Part shown: positions 61,401-64,000 of the stretch, in pieces
Layout of the letters: each line of letters begins with the position of its first letter
Numbering within the stretch: position 1 is the stretch's first letter
DNA from: a virus
Taxonomy: Duplodnaviria > Caudoviricetes
DNA: 64,000 nucleotides
Strand: one strand, 5' to 3'
Virus record (IMG/VR): IMGVR_UViG_3300041964_000148
Notes under the pieces: model-generated
What the model saw: the letters and a program-made list of their open reading frames with translations, nothing else
Databases searched by the model: none
What the model was told of the DNA's origin: nothing
Position numbers and translations under genes: made by a program

Positions 61401-64000
61401 AATACACCTCTATTCAAAAACGTATTGGGCAGTTGTTCGCTGGCAAGTTTGAGCAACCCAAAGGAGTCCAGGCTCGCCTTTCAGATCAAGTAGGCAAGCC
61501 CCAGCCCACTGCCCAAGGCATAGATGCTGACCCATCAAAGGCATTGGCGTTTGCCGCTCAAAATACGACACAAGCTTGGAATAATACCACTACGGCGATC
61601 GCGTCCAACATTGATTCCTTAGTTAGTACGTCTGCCGACCAAGGTTACGAATTACAAAAAGCAGTATCCGAGGGTTCTCCAGGACCTACTTATTGGATTC
61701 GAGAACACTGGAGTAAAACAGTCGAGGCGATTAAGGGATGGATGCATGGATTAGGCAGTACATCCCAGAAGGTTGGGGAAGCAGTAACCCAATCCCTAAC
61801 CCCCCAGGAGATGGTTCAAAAGGCGAAAGAAGGTATCCAACAAGTCGGGAAAAGTTTGCTTATTTTGGGGGGAGACATTGGAGACTTTATTCGTAGGGCA
61901 ACAGTCGCGACACTGACTCTTAACTTCTTCGAGCTAGGAGATGCCGTTGGCGACCTTGGTGGAAATTTTGGCTACTTTGCTCAAGGAGTAATGACTGGCT
62001 TTGGGCAGATGGGCAAGAGTGCGATCGCCTTCTGGTTGATGGCAATGAGTTGGGCAACGCCCTTCTTTGTAATCCTAGGAGGAGTTACTTTTGTCACTGC
62101 CGTCTTGGTTGCGAACTTCTTGGGGCTACGGACTATTCTTGGTGGAGTGATCCGGATTGGAATTGGGGCAGGACAAATCCTGATTGCGGTCTTGGGAGGC
62201 TTGGGGAATACGGTTAAGTCCCTTGGCAAGATTGCCCTTGGTGTATTTAAAGCACTCAGGGGAGACTTCTCACTACTTGACGAGGGAATTGCTCAACTAA
62301 AAGCCAGTTTCACCCAAATGAAAGCGGGCGTAGTTCGGGGGCTTAAGACGATTGGGCGAGGCATTCGGCAGATCTTTACTGGGATTGATCAAGGAATCCA
62401 GCAGGTATTCCCCTCGTTTAAGGGTGTTATCCACTACGTTCAGGCTATTTCCTCGGCATTAAAAAATCCAGAAGCTGCCGCACGGATGCTGGCGCAAGGG
62501 ATTGTCCGAGTTGCGCGACAAATTGGAGACACCATCCAAACTATTCCTGGATTCGTAGCGCGTGGGGTACAGAAGGCGTTTAAGTGGGTGAAGGACGGTG
62601 CTAATGCCGTACTCAAAAAAGGACAGCAGGTTGTTGCTTACTTCAGCGGGTTGTCGTTTTCAGAGGTAGGCGATCGCTTCGTCACGGTTCTCCGTGATGT
62701 GGGAAATGCCATTGTTCGCCTACCTGGAACATTGACGGGGGCGGTGGAGCGGATGATACCCGCCCTCAAGGCTCCTTTCAACTATCTACGAAGATTTATT
62801 GGGACTTTTATCAATGAGATGAAAGCCTTGCTCCCACCGGGAATAGCTGCATCGATAGTGCTGGGATTTGAACGTGCGGCTGGGTGGATCAAGGCAATCT
62901 TTAGCCGGATTAAATCAGGATTGCGCGGCTTTGTAACTCAGCTTGGCTTTGAAGAGCAGTTTAATGCTGTCACCCAAGGTATCCGAACACGATGGCAGCA
63001 GTTAGTTGATTTTGCAACTAAGACCAATTTATTTGGTTCTATTCCAAAAGATATCAAGCAGTTTTCTGCTGCTTTTGTAAGGGGCGTAGACTTAGCTCAA
63101 GCCATTTGGACTCGATTTACAAATTGGCTGGCATCTACGACCTTATTCCCTAAGATTTGGACGCAACTTGAGACGTTGGGAAGTCGATTCACTCAATTTG
63201 CCGAGAAATTGGGCGAAAAATGGGAGGGGGTTAAAGGGGAATTTGCGACTGGGAATATGTTCGCTGGCTTCTTTGAGAGGATGAGGCGTCTAGGGACTCG
63301 TTTTCAGGAATTCGTTATCAAGCTAGAAGAGAATTGGCGTGGATTTGCTCGAATTATTCCAGGTATCCCCATCTTCCAATCTCTATTCACCGAGCTTTAT
63401 GTGTTTGGCGATCGCTTTAGTGGGCTTGCCAACTTCCTGGAGCAGCAATGGCGAAAGTTGGCGCAGTTTTTAGGTACAACGTCACTAGTTGGAGGTGCGA
63501 TCTCGACCATTGAGTTTTTGGGGCGAAAGTTCACTGAGGTTATTGGGTTTGTCAAGGGAGCCTGGGAACCTTTCACCGAGTTTTTAAACAGCAGTGACTT
63601 CTTCTCAAAGGCATTCGAGCAGCTTCGCAAATTTGGGAATTTTATCCCTCAACTAGGTGAAACGACGAGGCAGGAATTCTCTAAAGCCAGGGAATTTATT
63701 GAAAATGTATTCCAGGATGTCCCTGGAGCAGTTAATCGCGCAGTTGAGCGCATTAGCAATGCTTGGCGAGGATTTACAGACCAATTCCAGTCTATTTTGT
63801 CCCCGATTGTTGATTTTGCAAAGAAAGTTGCTCAGTGGCTAATAGACGCATTGAACCATTCACCAACGGTCCGCATCCCAGAGGCGTGGGAAAAGGCAGT
63901 TGCTTGGATTCGAGGGACTATAGAATCTTTGGTTGCCCCAGCTCAAGGGGTAGCTGAAAAACTAACTGGAATATTCCAGTCTACAACAAATCGTATCTCT
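46431..64000 (+). CDS. Giant tape measure protein (more than 5,850 codons, runs off the window; frameshifts at about 48600-48780)
   Basis: TP901-type core (LREKAKYLGATTRFTASEAADAM..LGMAG...AGT..RG) in 46431-48640. Frame 2 reads as amphipathic, Trp-spaced protein at every spot checked from about 48780 to 64000, and the ORF track reports no stop-terminated ORF in that frame. Confidence 0.85.

Larger units (their letters stand above)
6985..62697. repeat. Dispersed 16-bp palindrome TCACGG-(AGAA/TTCT)-CCGTGA, about 11 copies
   Basis: Copies at 6985, 10936, 15639, 18319, 24277, 28234 (degenerate), 28864 (variant), 36603, 42273, 56394 (variant), 62682. Confidence 0.92.
1..64000. repeat. HIP1 octamer GCGATCGC, highly over-represented
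   Basis: Dozens of copies in genes and spacers; hallmark of cyanobacterial DNA. Confidence 0.95.

Noticed and set aside
48730-63842. Many short ORFs in the track over the TMP region, and antisense ORFs over other genes (e.g. 35597..36307)
   Set aside because: They are antisense or alternate-frame shadows of long genuine ORFs.
1-64000. CRISPR array, integron attC array, rRNA or canonical tRNA
   Set aside because: No regularly spaced repeat-spacer units were found; cassette boundaries are terminator-promoter units without attC R/L boxes and no integrase is in the window; no canonical RNA genes were seen.
1-64000. GCGATCGC repeats as a novel element
   Set aside because: This is the well-known cyanobacterial HIP1.

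Overview
A 64-kb segment of a large cyanobacterial mobile genome, most likely a jumbo tailed phage or phage-plasmid. Evidence: the cyanobacterial HIP1 octamer GCGATCGC is very frequent, and the window encodes gp25-like and gp26/gp51-like baseplate proteins and a tape-measure gene. Positions 1-46 kb hold mostly small orphan genes, many built as self-contained cassettes (hairpin terminator, TGTTACAAT extended -10, short leader ending AAGCAAAACC, ATG). Scattered among them are isolated parts of host DNA-modification/defence systems: DndB, DndD, a dnd-associated methyltransferase domain, a PAPS-reductase-family protein, a half HsdS and an MT-A70 methylase. There are also two DnaN (beta-clamp)-like proteins, two IsrB/omegaRNA elements, a HipA/PI3K-like kinase, a GH-A glycoside hydrolase, HNH proteins and a candidate structured ncRNA. 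A 16-bp palindrome (TCACGG-AGAA-CCGTGA) recurs about 11 times, including inside genes. From 46431 to the window end lies a tape-measure gene of more than 5,800 codons that the ORF track mostly missed. Two zones (about 26.1-28.8 kb and 48.6-48.8 kb) show clustered single-base frameshifts that look like long-read errors. All family assignments come from motif recognition, not database searches.
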